Source: a phage. Taken from it: a DNA stretch of 64,000 nt. The DNA lies in the sequence record PZ179882.1; one strand, written 5' to 3'. The notes beneath the pieces were generated by a model that did not search any database, was not told the DNA's origin, and saw only the letters and a list, made by a program, of their open reading frames with translations. This document shows, in pieces, positions 22,397 to 33,644 of the stretch. How positions within the stretch are numbered: the stretch's first letter is position 1; the number at the start of each line of letters is the position of its first letter. A program made the translations under genes and the position numbers.

Positions 22397-22731
22397 AGTA
22401 GAAAATCTAATGTATTAGTTTTTTCGCAACGAACAACAGAAGGACGTAAAAGATTTTCGTCAATAGCTTCTGACTGAATTTTTTCAATTATACCAGAAGG
22501 AATAAATTTAGCAAATTGAGTTTCAGGAATAGAATTTTCTTCTAAGAATGCTGTTGTAGCTTCAAGATAACTCATTCCAAACTCTTCTACCATTTTTTCA
22601 ATAATAAATCCATTTTCTTGGCGGTCAAGAAGTTTTGCTATTTCATCCTTTTCTTTCTTAATTGAAAGTTCTTTTTCTGAAAGACCGGTCTCATCGACCG
22701 GACGAATATCATTTAGAGAAAACTGTGTCAT
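22393..22731 (-). CDS. 33: late transcription co-activator gp33, 112 aa
   Basis: MTQFSLNDIRPVDETGLSEKELS… ; start taken at Met 4 of track ORF. Confidence 0.85.
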   Translation of the reverse strand: MTQFSLNDIRPVDETGLSEKELSIKKEKDEIAKLLDRQENGFIIEKMVEEFGMSYLEATTAFLEENSIPETQFAKFIPSGIIEKIQSEAIDENLLRPSVVRCEKTNTLDFLL

Positions 22732-22978
22732 AAAGTTCAACTACCTCTTCAGTTTCAGCTTCAAACACATCACGGTTATCTTTATGATACAAAGCTAATA
22801 GACGATTAAACATCTTACCATCAACACCAAGTTCATCTTTGGCACGAATTCGAATGTCTTTAATCAATTCATTATAACCAGAAATTTTCAGTTTATGATC
22901 AGATGCTTCTTTGATAAATTTGGCCAAGTCTTCGCCATGAATAGCTTCGTCAAATTCAACCATTTCTTTTTTAGCCAT
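22709..22978 (-). CDS. dsbA: double-stranded DNA-binding protein DsbA, 89 aa
   Basis: 89-aa ORF between rnh and 33 as in T4. Confidence 0.85.
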   Translation of the reverse strand: MAKKEMVEFDEAIHGEDLAKFIKEASDHKLKISGYNELIKDIRIRAKDELGVDGKMFNRLLALYHKDNRDVFEAETEEVVELYDTVFSK

Positions 22979-22986
22979 TATTCACC

Positions 22987-23904
22987 TCAAAATTCATTAA
23001 TGCTATTAGTTAATTTAGAAAGACCCGCTTTTACAAAATATGAATAAATTTTGCCACGCGGTGGTAATTTATATGAATTATAGTAATTCACAATGTTTGA
23101 AGCAATATTATCAGGAATATAATCAAAGTCAATTAGAACTAAATTTTCTTTATATCGATTATATTCAGATTCAGTGAGAAGCACCTTAGCTTGCTCACGG
23201 TCATTAGCAATAGCTTCAACAATAGATGTTTTCATTGAAGGAGTTCGTTCACCTTCAACTCTGGTAAACCAAAAGTCAGATCGTACTTTAACTGAAGCAA
23301 CGTTATCCTTTTTGTCGCCTTTAAGGATTTTAGTCATGCAATCAATTTCAGCAGAACCGCTTTTAATTTTAACCCATTTCTTATGCATCGGTGACCATTG
23401 CTTAACATTTGGATACTTGTGAAGTTGAGTAAAGTCACCATCCGATGAAATGATTAAAATTTTATGTCCTTCTAAAGAGAACTTTTTAACAAGCACAGCA
23501 ATGTGGTCATCTGCTTCATACTTATCAATATCCATAACAATGTATGGCATATAAGCTTTCAATTCATCTATAACTTTATGACTGGATTCAAAATAACCTT
23601 CCCAGTCCCAAGTAGATTCTTCTCGTGCTTTTCCACGGTTTTTCTTATAATAATAAGCAAAATCACGACGCCAGTATCCGGATTTTGCGTTATCGATACA
23701 CAATACAATTTTAGTGTATCCAAGAGTTTTTGCTTTTTTGACATTAAACTTAATTGAGTTCAATATCAAATGACGAACCATTGATAAGTTAATTTTTTCT
23801 TTATCTGGAAAGTTTACTAAAGCAGTTGAAAGCGCAATTTGACTAAAGTCAATTAAGCAAATTCCTTCTTTGTAATCTTCATCCAGCATCATTTCTAAAT
23901 CCAT
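22987..23904 (-). CDS. rnh: RNase H / FEN-type 5'-3' exonuclease, 305 aa
   Basis: MDLEMMLDEDYKEGICLIDFSQIALS… matches T4 RNase H; start at Met 6 of track ORF. Confidence 0.93.
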   Translation of the reverse strand: MDLEMMLDEDYKEGICLIDFSQIALSTALVNFPDKEKINLSMVRHLILNSIKFNVKKAKTLGYTKIVLCIDNAKSGYWRRDFAYYYKKNRGKAREESTWDWEGYFESSHKVIDELKAYMPYIVMDIDKYEADDHIAVLVKKFSLEGHKILIISSDGDFTQLHKYPNVKQWSPMHKKWVKIKSGSAEIDCMTKILKGDKKDNVASVKVRSDFWFTRVEGERTPSMKTSIVEAIANDREQAKVLLTESEYNRYKENLVLIDFDYIPDNIASNIVNYYNSYKLPPRGKIYSYFVKAGLSKLTNSINEF

Positions 23905-23966
23905 ATGAACCTCGTTCAATTAGTGAGATTTCTATTATATACTATCCAAATCTTAAAGTAAACAAG

Positions 23967-23974
23967 TATAAATA
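23967..23974 (+). promoter_or_regulatory. late promoter TATAAATA upstream of gene 34
   Basis: Exact TATAAATA 35 nt upstream of gene 34 ATG. Confidence 0.55.
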
Positions 23975-24008
23975 CTTATTATTGAAAACACAATAGGAGC
24001 CCGGGAGA

Positions 24009-27000
24009 ATGGCCGAGATTAAAAGAAAGTTCAGAGCAGAAGATGGTCTGGACGCAGGTGGCGATAAAATAATCAACGTAGCTTTAGCTGATCGTACCGT
24101 AGGAACTGACGGTGTCAACGTTGATTACTTAATTCAAGAAAACACAGTTCAACAATATGATCCAACTCGTGGATATTTAAAAGATTTTGTAATCATTTAT
24201 AATAATCGTTTTTGGGCAGCAACGGATAATATTCCAAAACCTGCTGGAAGTTTTAATAGAATTCGTTGGAAAGCATTACGTACTGATGCCGTATATACAA
24301 CCGTATCATCTGGACCATATCAATTAAAATCCGGAGAAGCAATTTCAGTAGATACATCAGTTGGTAATGACATTGAGTTTAATTTACCACCTTCTCCGCT
24401 TGATGGAGAGACCGTAATAATTCAAGATATTGGTGGAAAACCTGGTATAAATCAGGTTAAAATAAATTCTTCAAATCAGAGTATTGTTAATTTTAGAGGT
24501 GAACAGGTACGTTCAGTTCTAATGACTCATCCAAAGTCACAAATGATATTCATTTTTAATAATCGTTTGTGGCAAATGTATGTTGCTGATTATAGCAGAG
24601 AAGCTGCGATTGTTACTCCATCGACTGCATATCAAGCACAATCTAATGATTTTATTGTGCGTAGATTTACTTCCGCTGCGCCGATTAATATTAAACTTCC
24701 GAGATTTGCTAATCATGGCGATATTATTAATTTCGTTGATTTAGATAAATTAAATCCACTTTATCATACAATTGTCACGACATATGATGAAACAACTTCA
24801 GTACAAGAAGTTGGAACTCATTCTATTGAAGGCCGTACATCGATTGACGGTTTCTTGATGTTTGATGATAATGAAAAATTATGGAGATTGTTTGACGGGG
24901 ATAGTAAAGCACGTTTACGCATTATAACAACTAATTCTAATATTCGTCCAAATGAAGAAGTTATGGTATTTGGTGCGAATAACGGAACAGCCCAAACAAT
25001 TGAACTTCAACTTCCAACCGATATTTCCATTGGTGATACTGTTAAAATTTCCATGAATTACATGAGAAAAGGACAAACAGTTAAAATCAAAGCTGCCGGT
25101 GAAGATAAAATTGCTTCTTCAGTTCAATTGCTGCAATTCCCAAAACGTTCAGAATATCCACCTGAAGCTGAATGGGTGACTGTTCAAGAATTAGTTTTTA
25201 ACGGCGAAACCAATTATGTTCCAGTTTTACAACTTGCTTATATAGAAGATTCTGACGGAAAATACTGGGTTGTACAACAAAACGTTCCAACGGTTGAAAG
25301 AGTCGATTCTTTAAATAATTCTACTAGAGCAAGATTAGGCGTAATTGCTTTAGCTACACAAGCTCAAGCTAACGTCGATTTAGAAAATTCTCCACAAAAA
25401 GAATTAGCAATTACACCAGAAACATTAGCTAACCGTACTGCTACAGAAACTCGTAGAGGTATCGCAAGAATAGCAACTACTGCTCAAGTGAATCAGAACA
25501 CCACATTCTCTTTTGCTGATGACCTTATCATCACTCCTAAAAAGCTGAATGAAAGAACTGCTACAGAAACTCGTAGAGGTGTCGCTGAAATTGCTACGCA
25601 GCAAGAAACTAATACAGGTACTGATGATACTACAATCATCACTCCTAAAAAGCTTCAAGCTCGTCAAGGTTCTGAATCATTATCTGGTATTGTAACCTTT
25701 GTATCTACTGCAGGAGCTACTCCAGCTTCTAGTCGTGAATTAAATGGTACAAATGTTTATAATAAAAACACTAATAATTTAGTTGTTTCGCCTAAAGCTT
25801 TGGATCAGTATAAAGCTACTCCAACGCAACAAGGTGCAGTAATTTTAGCAGTTGAAAGTGAAGTAATTGCTGGACAAAGCCAAGAAGGATGGGCAAATGC
25901 GGTTGTAACGCCAGAAACGTTACATAAAAAGACATCAACTGATGCAAGAATTGGTTTAATTGAAATTGCTACACAAAGTGAAGTTAATACAGGAACTGAT
26001 TATACTCGTGCAGTCACTCCGAAAACTTTAAATGACCGTAGAGCAACTGAAAGTTTAAGTGGTATAGCTGAAATTGCTACGCAAGTTGAATTCGACGCAG
26101 GCGTCGACGATACTCGTATCTCTACACCATTAAAAATTAAAACCAGATTTAATAGTACTGATCGTACTTCTGTTGTTGCTCTATCTGGATTAGTTGAATC
26201 AGGAACTCTCTGGGACCATTATACCCTTAATATTCTTGAAGCAAATGAGACACAGCGTGGTACACTTCGTGTAGCTACACAAGTTGAAGCTGCTGCAGGA
26301 ACATTGGATAATGTTCTAATAACTCCTAAAAAGCTTTTAGGTACTAAATCTACTGAAGCACAGGAAGGCGTTATTAAAGTTGCAACTCGGTCTGAAACTG
26401 TAGCTGGAACGTCAGCAAATACTGCTGTATCCCCAAAAAATTTAAAATGGATTGTGCAGAGTGAACCAACTTGGGCAGCTACTACCCTGGTAAGAGGTTT
26501 TGTTAAAACTTCATCTGGTTCAATTACATTCGTTGGTAATGATACAGTTGGTTCTACGCAGGACTTAGAACTATATGAGAAAAATAACTATGCAGTATCA
26601 CCATATGAATTAAACCGCGTATTAGCAAATTATTTGCCGTTAAAAGCAAAAGCTGTAGATAGTAATTTATTAGATGGTTTAGATTCACTCCAGTTCATTC
26701 GTAGGGATATTGCGCAGACGGTTAATGGTTCACTAACCTTAACACAGCAAACGAATCTGAGTGCCCCTCTTGTATCATCTAGTACTGCTACATTTGGTGG
26801 ATCAGTTTCAGCAAATAGTACATTAACTATTTCTAATACTGGAACGGCAACTCGTCTGATTTTTGAGAAAGGACCTCAAACTGGAACAAACCCGGCTCAA
26901 ACGATGACAGTCAGAGTGTGGGGAAATCAATTTAGTGGGGAGTCAGACACAACACGTTCTACTGTATTTGAAGTTAGTGATGAAACTTCTAGTCATTTTT

Positions 27001-27878
27001 ATTCTCAGCGTAATAAAGCTGGTAATATAACATTTAATATCAACGGTACAGTAACACCGATAAATGTGAATGCTTCAGGAACATTGAATGCGAATGGCGT
27101 TGCAACATTTGGTAATTCAGTCACTGCAACTGGTGAAATTATTTCTCGAAGCGCAAATGCTTTCCGTGCTATTAATGGAAATTACGGTTTCATTATTCGT
27201 AATGACGGGTCAGTAACGAATTTTATGCTTACTGCATCAGGCAATCAAACTGGTGGATTTAATGGATTGCGTCCATTGTCCATTAATAATCAATCTGGGC
27301 AGGTCACAATTGGTGAAAGCTTGATCATTGCTAAAGGTGCTACTATAAATTCAGGTGGTTTAACTGTTAACTCGAGAATTCGTTCTCAAGGTGTTAAAAC
27401 ATCTGATTTATATACCCGTGCGCCGACATCTGATACTGTAGGATTCTGGTCAATCGATATTAATGATTCAGCCACTTATAACCAGTTCCCGGGTTATTTT
27501 AAAATGGTTGAAAAAACTAATGAAGTTACTGGACTTCCATACTTAGAACGTGGCGAAGAAGTTAAATCTCCTGGTACATTGACTCAGTTTGGTAACACAC
27601 TTGATTCACTTTACCAAGATTGGATTACTTATCCAACGACTCCAGAAGCACGTACCACTCGCTGGACACGTACATGGCAAAAAACTAAAAACTCTTGGTC
27701 AAGTTTTGTTCAGGTATTTGACGGAGGTAACCCTCCTCAACCTTCAGATATAGGAGCGATCCCATCTGATAATGGAATAATAGGTAATCTTACTATTCGT
27801 GATTTCTTACGAATTGGTAATGTTCGCATTATTCCTGACCCAGTGAATAAAACTGTTAAATTTGAATGGGTTGAATAA
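24009..27878 (+). CDS. 34: long tail fiber proximal subunit gp34, 1289 aa
   Basis: 1289-aa plus-strand ORF; internal repeats (…TETRRGxAxIATxxExNxGTDxTxxITPKKL…); matches T4 gp34 length and sequence. Confidence 0.95.
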   Translation: MAEIKRKFRAEDGLDAGGDKIINVALADRTVGTDGVNVDYLIQENTVQQYDPTRGYLKDFVIIYNNRFWAATDNIPKPAGSFNRIRWKALRTDAVYTTVSSGPYQLKSGEAISVDTSVGNDIEFNLPPSPLDGETVIIQDIGGKPGINQVKINSSNQSIVNFRGEQVRSVLMTHPKSQMIFIFNNRLWQMYVADYSREAAIVTPSTAYQAQSNDFIVRRFTSAAPINIKLPRFANHGDIINFVDLDKLNPLYHTIVTTYDETTSVQEVGTHSIEGRTSIDGFLMFDDNEKLWRLFDGDSKARLRIITTNSNIRPNEEVMVFGANNGTAQTIELQLPTDISIGDTVKISMNYMRKGQTVKIKAAGEDKIASSVQLLQFPKRSEYPPEAEWVTVQELVFNGETNYVPVLQLAYIEDSDGKYWVVQQNVPTVERVDSLNNSTRARLGVIALATQAQANVDLENSPQKELAITPETLANRTATETRRGIARIATTAQVNQNTTFSFADDLIITPKKLNERTATETRRGVAEIATQQETNTGTDDTTIITPKKLQARQGSESLSGIVTFVSTAGATPASSRELNGTNVYNKNTNNLVVSPKALDQYKATPTQQGAVILAVESEVIAGQSQEGWANAVVTPETLHKKTSTDARIGLIEIATQSEVNTGTDYTRAVTPKTLNDRRATESLSGIAEIATQVEFDAGVDDTRISTPLKIKTRFNSTDRTSVVALSGLVESGTLWDHYTLNILEANETQRGTLRVATQVEAAAGTLDNVLITPKKLLGTKSTEAQEGVIKVATRSETVAGTSANTAVSPKNLKWIVQSEPTWAATTLVRGFVKTSSGSITFVGNDTVGSTQDLELYEKNNYAVSPYELNRVLANYLPLKAKAVDSNLLDGLDSLQFIRRDIAQTVNGSLTLTQQTNLSAPLVSSSTATFGGSVSANSTLTISNTGTATRLIFEKGPQTGTNPAQTMTVRVWGNQFSGESDTTRSTVFEVSDETSSHFYSQRNKAGNITFNINGTVTPINVNASGTLNANGVATFGNSVTATGEIISRSANAFRAINGNYGFIIRNDGSVTNFMLTASGNQTGGFNGLRPLSINNQSGQVTIGESLIIAKGATINSGGLTVNSRIRSQGVKTSDLYTRAPTSDTVGFWSIDINDSATYNQFPGYFKMVEKTNEVTGLPYLERGEEVKSPGTLTQFGNTLDSLYQDWITYPTTPEARTTRWTRTWQKTKNSWSSFVQVFDGGNPPQPSDIGAIPSDNGIIGNLTIRDFLRIGNVRIIPDPVNKTVKFEWVE

Positions 27879-27886
27879 GAGGTATT

Positions 27887-29002
27887 ATGGAAAAATTTAT
27901 GGCAGAGTTTGGACAAGGATATGTCCAAACGCCATTTTTATCGGAAAGCAATTCAGTAAGATATAAAATAAGCATAGCGGGCTCTTGCCCGCTTTCTACT
28001 GCAGGGCCATATGTTAAATTTCAGGATAATCCCGTTGGAAATCAAACATTTAGTGCAGGTCTTCATTTAAGAGTTTTTGACCCTTCTACGGGAGCATTAG
28101 TTGATAGTAAGTCATATGCTTTTTCTGCTTCAAACAATACAACATCTGCCGCTTTTGTCAGTTTTATGAATTCTTTGTCAAACAATAGACTTGTTGCTAT
28201 ATTAACTAGCGGAAAGGTTAATTTTCCTCCTGAAGTGGTATCTTGGTTAAGGGGAGCAGGAACTTCAGTTTTTCCATCAGATTCAGTATTGTCAAGATTT
28301 GACGTATCATATGCTGCTTTTTATACTTCTTCTAAAAGAGCTATTGCATTAGAGCATGTTAAACTAAGTAATAGAAAAAGCACAGATGATTATCAAACTA
28401 TTTTAGATGTTGTATTTGATAGTTTAGAAGACGTCGGAGCTACGGGATTTCCTAAAAGAACATATGAAAGTGTCGAGCAATTTATGTCAGCGGTTGGTGG
28501 AACTAACAACGAAATTGCGCGATTGCCAACTTCAGCTGCTATAAGTAAACTATCTGATTATAATTTAATTCCTGGTGATGTTCTTTATCTTAAAGCACAG
28601 TTATATGCTGATGCTGATTTACTTGATCTTGGAACTACAAATATATCTATCCGTTTTTATAATGCATCAAATGGATATATTTCTTCAACACAGGCTGAGT
28701 TTACTGGGCAAGCTGGATCTTGGGAATTAAAGGAAGATTATGTAGTTGTTCCTGAAAATGCAGTCGGATTTACTATATATGCGCAGAGAACTGCTCAAGC
28801 TGGTCAAGGCGGAATGAGGAATTTAAGCTTTTCTGAAGTATCAAGAAATGGCGGCATTTCAAAACCTGCCGAATTTGGCGTCAACGGTATTCGTGTTAAT
28901 TATGTCTGTGAATCGGCTTCACCTCCAGATATAATGGTACTTCCTACACAAGCCTCTTCTAAAACTGGCAAAGTGTTTGGGCAAGAATTTAGAGAAGTTT
29001 AA
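27887..29002 (+). CDS. 35: long tail fiber hinge connector gp35, 371 aa
   Basis: Follows gene 34 by 8 nt; size matches T4 gp35. Confidence 0.9.
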   Translation: MEKFMAEFGQGYVQTPFLSESNSVRYKISIAGSCPLSTAGPYVKFQDNPVGNQTFSAGLHLRVFDPSTGALVDSKSYAFSASNNTTSAAFVSFMNSLSNNRLVAILTSGKVNFPPEVVSWLRGAGTSVFPSDSVLSRFDVSYAAFYTSSKRAIALEHVKLSNRKSTDDYQTILDVVFDSLEDVGATGFPKRTYESVEQFMSAVGGTNNEIARLPTSAAISKLSDYNLIPGDVLYLKAQLYADADLLDLGTTNISIRFYNASNGYISSTQAEFTGQAGSWELKEDYVVVPENAVGFTIYAQRTAQAGQGGMRNLSFSEVSRNGGISKPAEFGVNGIRVNYVCESASPPDIMVLPTQASSKTGKVFGQEFREV

Positions 29003-29007
29003 ACTGA

Positions 29008-29030
29008 GGGAGCCTTCGGGTTCCCTTTTT
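29008..29030 (+). terminator. intrinsic terminator after gene 35
   Basis: GGGAGCC-TTCG-GGTTCCC hairpin followed by TTTTT on plus strand. Confidence 0.6.
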
Positions 29031-29033
29031 CTT

Positions 29034-29041
29034 TATAAATA
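29034..29041 (+). promoter_or_regulatory. late promoter TATAAATA upstream of gene 36
   Basis: Exact TATAAATA 24 nt upstream of gene 36 ATG. Confidence 0.55.
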
Positions 29042-29064
29042 ATATTAAAATAAAGGGGCATATA

Positions 29065-29715
29065 ATGGCTGATTTAAAAGTAGGTTCAACTGTGGGTGGA
29101 TCTGTCATTTGGCATCAAGGAAATTTTCCATTGAATTCAGCCGGTGACGATGTACTCTACAAATCATTTAAAATATATTCAGAATATAATAAACCACAGG
29201 CAGCTGATAACGATTTCGTTTCTAAAGCTAATGGTGGTACTTACACCGGTCCAATTACTATTAATTACGGGGTAAATAGTTATCTTCAATTAAGTAATAA
29301 TGAAACCCCCATTCGAATTCGTTCTGGTGGCGGTACCGGCAATACTCTTGTAGTTGGCGGCTCTTCTGGCGGTATTAGTTTTAGACCTGCAGGTAGTGAA
29401 ATCACTACTGGACAAATTACTATTACGCCAGAAGGTTTGACAACATTTACCAGGGCTGTAACGGCTCCATCTGTAACTGTTACATCTACTCCTTCAGCAG
29501 CATCTGATGTTACTCGTAAAGATTATGTCGATGGAGCAATAAATACTGTTACGGCAAATGCGAATTCTAGAGTTTTGCGTAAAGGTGACACCATGACAGG
29601 TAATTTAACAGCGCCAAACTTTTTCTCGCAGAATCCTGCATCTCAACCCTCGCATGTTCCACGATTTGACCAAATCGTAATTAAGGATTCTGTTCAAGAT
29701 TTCGGCTATTATTAA
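29065..29715 (+). CDS. 36: long tail fiber distal connector gp36, 216 aa
   Basis: Position and size match T4 gp36. Confidence 0.9.
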   Translation: MADLKVGSTVGGSVIWHQGNFPLNSAGDDVLYKSFKIYSEYNKPQAADNDFVSKANGGTYTGPITINYGVNSYLQLSNNETPIRIRSGGGTGNTLVVGGSSGGISFRPAGSEITTGQITITPEGLTTFTRAVTAPSVTVTSTPSAASDVTRKDYVDGAINTVTANANSRVLRKGDTMTGNLTAPNFFSQNPASQPSHVPRFDQIVIKDSVQDFGYY

Positions 29716-29723
29716 GAGGACTT

Positions 29724-32700
29724 ATGGCTACTTTAAAACAAATACAATTTAAAAGAAGCAAAACCGCAGGTCAACTTCCTGCTGCTTCAGTATTAGCCGA
29801 AGGTGAATTGGCTATTAATTTAAAAGATAAAACAATTTTCACAAAAGATGACTCAGGCAATGTTATAGAATTAGGTTTAAAATATGGAGGAACAATTGAT
29901 GGTTCTTTAACTGTTAATGGAAATATAATTGGAAATTTAACAGGTAACGCTGCAACTGCAACGAAATTAAAAACAGCACGAAAAATTAATGGTATATCAT
30001 TTGATGGGTCAAAAGATATCACGCTAACTCCATCTGACATAAATGTCAATAGCACAACGTTTATAAAAAATAACGGCGAATTACCGGTTGATGCTAATTT
30101 AGATGAGTATGGGCCTGTTGAAGAATATCTTGGGGTTTGGTCGAAATCTACTTCAACAAATGCGCAACCGGCAAATAAATTCCCAGAAGAAAATGCCGTA
30201 GGTGTACTAGAAGTATTTGTGGCCGGTCAATTTGCTGGTACTCAGAGATATACTGTAAGATCTGGTAACGTATATGTTCGATCTTTGTCTGCTAAATGGA
30301 ACGGTGTTAACGGTCCGTGGGGAGTTTGGCGTAATGTTCAAGCGTCAACTCGTCCACTTTCACAAACGATTGACCTTGATAGTTTGGGAGAATTAGAACA
30401 TTGCGGCTTATGGCGAAATAGTTCAAGTGCTATTGCATCGTTTGATCGCCATTATCCAGAAGAAGGATCAGCCGCACAAGGATTTTTAGAAATATTTGAA
30501 GGTGGTTTATACGCGAGAACTCAGCGTTATACAACTAGATCTGGTGTTGTTTATACTCGCTGTCTTGCTGCTGCATGGGATGCATCTGCGCCTAAATGGG
30601 GACCGTGGCAACAAGTCGGTAATGTCACACCAGCGACTTTCTATGACGGAAACCTGAATGATTTTAAAACTCCTGGGTTATATAATATTTTAGGCACTGA
30701 TGCCGTTATTAATTGTCCTACAGGCGAAGGTTTACCAGCCGTTATTGTTGGTTTGCTGGAAGTTAAACAGCGTGCTTCTGGTGGTGCTATTTTCCAAAAA
30801 TTTACTACTGCCGGAACGGGAACTACTACCCGTGGTCGTATTTTTGAGCGTGCATATACTGGTGGTGCGTGGGGTACATGGAACGAAGTATATACATCTT
30901 ACTCTCTGCCAATTACTTTGGGTATGGGCGAGCGTGCAATTGAACTTACTTCTATGGATTGGCAACAACAAGAATTTCTTTCTGGTGGGATCTATAGCGT
31001 CGGTGCTAAGGATATGACAAACACGCCAAGTGGGATGACCTTTGCTGATGTTGCTGTTTATATCTCCGTTATTGGTCGTTCTGGTAGTGCTTTAGAATTA
31101 AGCGTAATACCACGCACGTCAAATGATAAAAACTATCATTGTTATAATGTTAGGAGTACTGGTGCTAAAGGATCTCGAACGTTTTATGTAAGGAAGTTTG
31201 CAACCACGTCTACCCAACACACATGGACAGCACAGCAAGATTTTAATGGCGCAGTTAACTTCGGTGCTCCTACCAATTTTAACTCTACTGTTAACCTTAA
31301 TAACACTACCACTTTTAAAACAGAAGTTAAATTTCGCTCATCTAATGCATTCCGTATGTATGGCAGAAAATTTGGTACAATTTTCCGTAATGATGGAGAG
31401 AGTCTTTATATTCTTTCTACCGACGAAGATGACCAAGATGGAAACTTTAATACAAATAGACCTTTCCGTTATGAATTAAGAACTGGCGATGTTACTTTAG
31501 GTGGTGCTAGTGGTGCTAACGTTTTAAAATTAGAACGTAGTTCGCTTGCTGCCACCTTTGGTGGTGATGTTAACTTAAATAAAGGTACACTGACGTTTGA
31601 AGCTGGTCGCTTAAACTCCCGCGATTATTTTAAATTTAACCATTGGGGTGATAGTAATAATGCTCGTGATAACATCATCCAGTTAGAAGATAGTCAAGGC
31701 GCCCATTTTTCCACTGAACGTACTTTAGCGACAGGTGCAATTAAAACTCGTTTCTTTGGCGAAACATTCACTGATGGTACATTATACCTAAATCAGATGA
31801 ATAATAGCTCTGAACGATTCTCTATTAATAATTGGGGAAATTCAGAAGTTGGTCGCGCGGCAGTGATGGAAGTCAGTGATTCCAAAGGTTATCACTTCCA
31901 TACGGAACGCAGGACAGATAACAGTTTGAATTTTGATGTTGCTGGCAATTTTACTGCGCATGGACCTTCCGGAATAACCATCAAAAACTCAACTGGTGCA
32001 CGACATATCTGGTTTAGAGATGATAGCGATGCAGAAAAGGCTGTTATCTGGGCTACAGATGAGGGTATTTTACATATTCGCAATAATCATGGGGGTTCAT
32101 TTAGTCATCACTTCCAGGGTGCAATGATTAAAGCGGGAGAGCGTGTTCCATATAATGGTGAATACGCTCTTATCCGTGGTGATATTTCAGGTGGTGCATG
32201 GGTAGACTGGCGAGAGCGTCCGGCTGGATTGTTGGTAGACTGTCAGGACTCACGAAATCAAGCATATAACATTTGGAAAGCTACTCATTGGGGCGAACAG
32301 CACCTTGCGGCGATGGGTGTTCATGCTGACGGTGGTAATCCTCGTGTTGTATTGCATGTGGGTGGGAATGATTATGCATTTGCATTTAACGGTGATTTTA
32401 CTGCTGGTGCTGCTGTATATTGTAACGACGTTTATATTCGTTCTGACCGTCGTCTGAAAATTAATGTTGAAGACTACGAAGAGAATGCGGTGGATAAGGT
32501 AAATAAACTCAAAGTTAAAACCTATGATAAAGTTAAATCTCTTTCTGACCGCGAAGTTATCGGCCATGAGATTGGTATTATCGCACAGGATTTGCAAGAA
32601 GTATTACCGGAAGCTGTTAGCACTTCTAGTGTCGGATCTCAGGATAACCCAGAAGAAATTTTAACAATTTCAAACTCTGCTGTGAACGCGCTTTTAATTA

Positions 32701-32795
32701 AGGCCATTCAGGAAATGAGCGAAGAAATTAAAGAATTGAAAACGCCTCTCTTTACTAAAATTGCTCGCAAAATTAGTAAATATTTTAAATTCTAA
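29724..32795 (+). CDS. 37: long tail fiber distal subunit gp37, 1023 aa, with C-terminal self-cleaving intramolecular chaperone domain
   Basis: Large fibre protein; C-terminal 117 aa from [13 protein letters not shown]…[16 protein letters not shown] resemble Peptidase_S74 chaperone domain. Confidence 0.93.
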   Translation: MATLKQIQFKRSKTAGQLPAASVLAEGELAINLKDKTIFTKDDSGNVIELGLKYGGTIDGSLTVNGNIIGNLTGNAATATKLKTARKINGISFDGSKDITLTPSDINVNSTTFIKNNGELPVDANLDEYGPVEEYLGVWSKSTSTNAQPANKFPEENAVGVLEVFVAGQFAGTQRYTVRSGNVYVRSLSAKWNGVNGPWGVWRNVQASTRPLSQTIDLDSLGELEHCGLWRNSSSAIASFDRHYPEEGSAAQGFLEIFEGGLYARTQRYTTRSGVVYTRCLAAAWDASAPKWGPWQQVGNVTPATFYDGNLNDFKTPGLYNILGTDAVINCPTGEGLPAVIVGLLEVKQRASGGAIFQKFTTAGTGTTTRGRIFERAYTGGAWGTWNEVYTSYSLPITLGMGERAIELTSMDWQQQEFLSGGIYSVGAKDMTNTPSGMTFADVAVYISVIGRSGSALELSVIPRTSNDKNYHCYNVRSTGAKGSRTFYVRKFATTSTQHTWTAQQDFNGAVNFGAPTNFNSTVNLNNTTTFKTEVKFRSSNAFRMYGRKFGTIFRNDGESLYILSTDEDDQDGNFNTNRPFRYELRTGDVTLGGASGANVLKLERSSLAATFGGDVNLNKGTLTFEAGRLNSRDYFKFNHWGDSNNARDNIIQLEDSQGAHFSTERTLATGAIKTRFFGETFTDGTLYLNQMNNSSERFSINNWGNSEVGRAAVMEVSDSKGYHFHTERRTDNSLNFDVAGNFTAHGPSGITIKNSTGARHIWFRDDSDAEKAVIWATDEGILHIRNNHGGSFSHHFQGAMIKAGERVPYNGEYALIRGDISGGAWVDWRERPAGLLVDCQDSRNQAYNIWKATHWGEQHLAAMGVHADGGNPRVVLHVGGNDYAFAFNGDFTAGAAVYCNDVYIRSDRRLKINVEDYEENAVDKVNKLKVKTYDKVKSLSDREVIGHEIGIIAQDLQEVLPEAVSTSSVGSQDNPEEILTISNSAVNALLIKAIQEMSEEIKELKTPLFTKIARKISKYFKF

Positions 32796-32801
32796 CAACA
32801 A

Positions 32802-32819
32802 GGGGGAAATGCCCCCTTT
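32802..32819 (+). other. GGGGG-loop-CCCCC hairpin between genes 37 and 38
   Basis: 5-bp G/C stem with weak U-tract; possible attenuator. Confidence 0.35.
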
Positions 32820-32831
32820 GGAGTATAAATT

Positions 32832-33614
32832 ATGGCAGTAGTTGGAGTTCCTGGCTGGATTGGAAGTTCAGCCGTAAATGAAACGGGCCAGCGCTGGATG
32901 AGTCAAGCGGCTGGTCAATTAAGATTAGGTGTTCCTTGCTGGATGAGTCAATTTGCAGGTCGCTCAAGAGAAATTATTCATACACTTGGAGCAGATCATA
33001 ACTTCAATGGTCAATGGTTCCGAGATAGGTGTTTTGAGGCAGGTAGTACACCTATAGTGTTTAATATCACTGGAGATTTAGTATCATATTCTAAAGATGT
33101 TCCTTTATTCTTCATGTACGGAGATACACCGAATGAATATGTTCAACTGAATATACATGGTGTAACGATGTATGGCCGTGGCGGGAATGGCGGTAGCAAT
33201 AGTCCTGGCTCAGCTGGGGGTCATTGTATTCAAAATGATATTGGTGGGAGACTAAGAATTAATAATGGCGGAGCTATTGCTGGCGGTGGCGGTGGCGGTG
33301 GCGGCGGATATTATTCTCCTTTTTCACAAATGAGATTGACCTTTGGCGGTGGCGGCGGTCGTCCGTTTGGCGCTCCGGGCGGATCTATTGATATGCAATC
33401 AGGAGCAACTGCTGGTACTATTTCTGCGCCTGGCGCAGGGTCTGTGAACGGTATCTACAACGGCGGGTCTGGTGGTGAAGTTGGCTCCGCAGGAGGTAGA
33501 TGTAATATTCGTGGTCAAGGATATGAATACGATGGCGGAGCTGCTGGTTATGCCGTCATAGGGTCTACACCGACATGGCAAAACGTTGGAGCAATATATG
33601 GTCCAAGAGTATAA
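32832..33614 (+). CDS. 38: gp38 receptor-recognising adhesin of the T2 type (glycine-rich motifs), 260 aa
   Basis: Multiple poly-Gly motifs ([24 protein letters not shown]) separating short variable segments; unlike the 183-aa T4 gp38 chaperone. Confidence 0.88.
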   Translation: MAVVGVPGWIGSSAVNETGQRWMSQAAGQLRLGVPCWMSQFAGRSREIIHTLGADHNFNGQWFRDRCFEAGSTPIVFNITGDLVSYSKDVPLFFMYGDTPNEYVQLNIHGVTMYGRGGNGGSNSPGSAGGHCIQNDIGGRLRINNGGAIAGGGGGGGGGYYSPFSQMRLTFGGGGGRPFGAPGGSIDMQSGATAGTISAPGAGSVNGIYNGGSGGEVGSAGGRCNIRGQGYEYDGGAAGYAVIGSTPTWQNVGAIYGPRV

Positions 33615-33644
33615 TGTGAATAAATATCCTTAAAAGGAGGGTCT

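Noticed and set aside
25425-25667. Minus-strand 80-aa ORF inside gene 34; also 29771..30055 and 30732..30971 inside gene 37
   Set aside because: Embedded antisense in long late genes with strong coding signal on the plus strand; no independent start signals.
32822-32831. TATAAATT just before the gene 38 ATG as a late promoter
   Set aside because: It lies only a few nt before the start codon, so a transcript starting downstream could not include the ATG; more likely part of the RBS region.
33282-33308. Poly-G-encoding tract in gp38 as a frameshift-type phase-variation switch
   Set aside because: The repeat unit is a 6-nt GGCGGT, not a homopolymer, so slippage would keep the frame; retained only as a length-variation hotspot.
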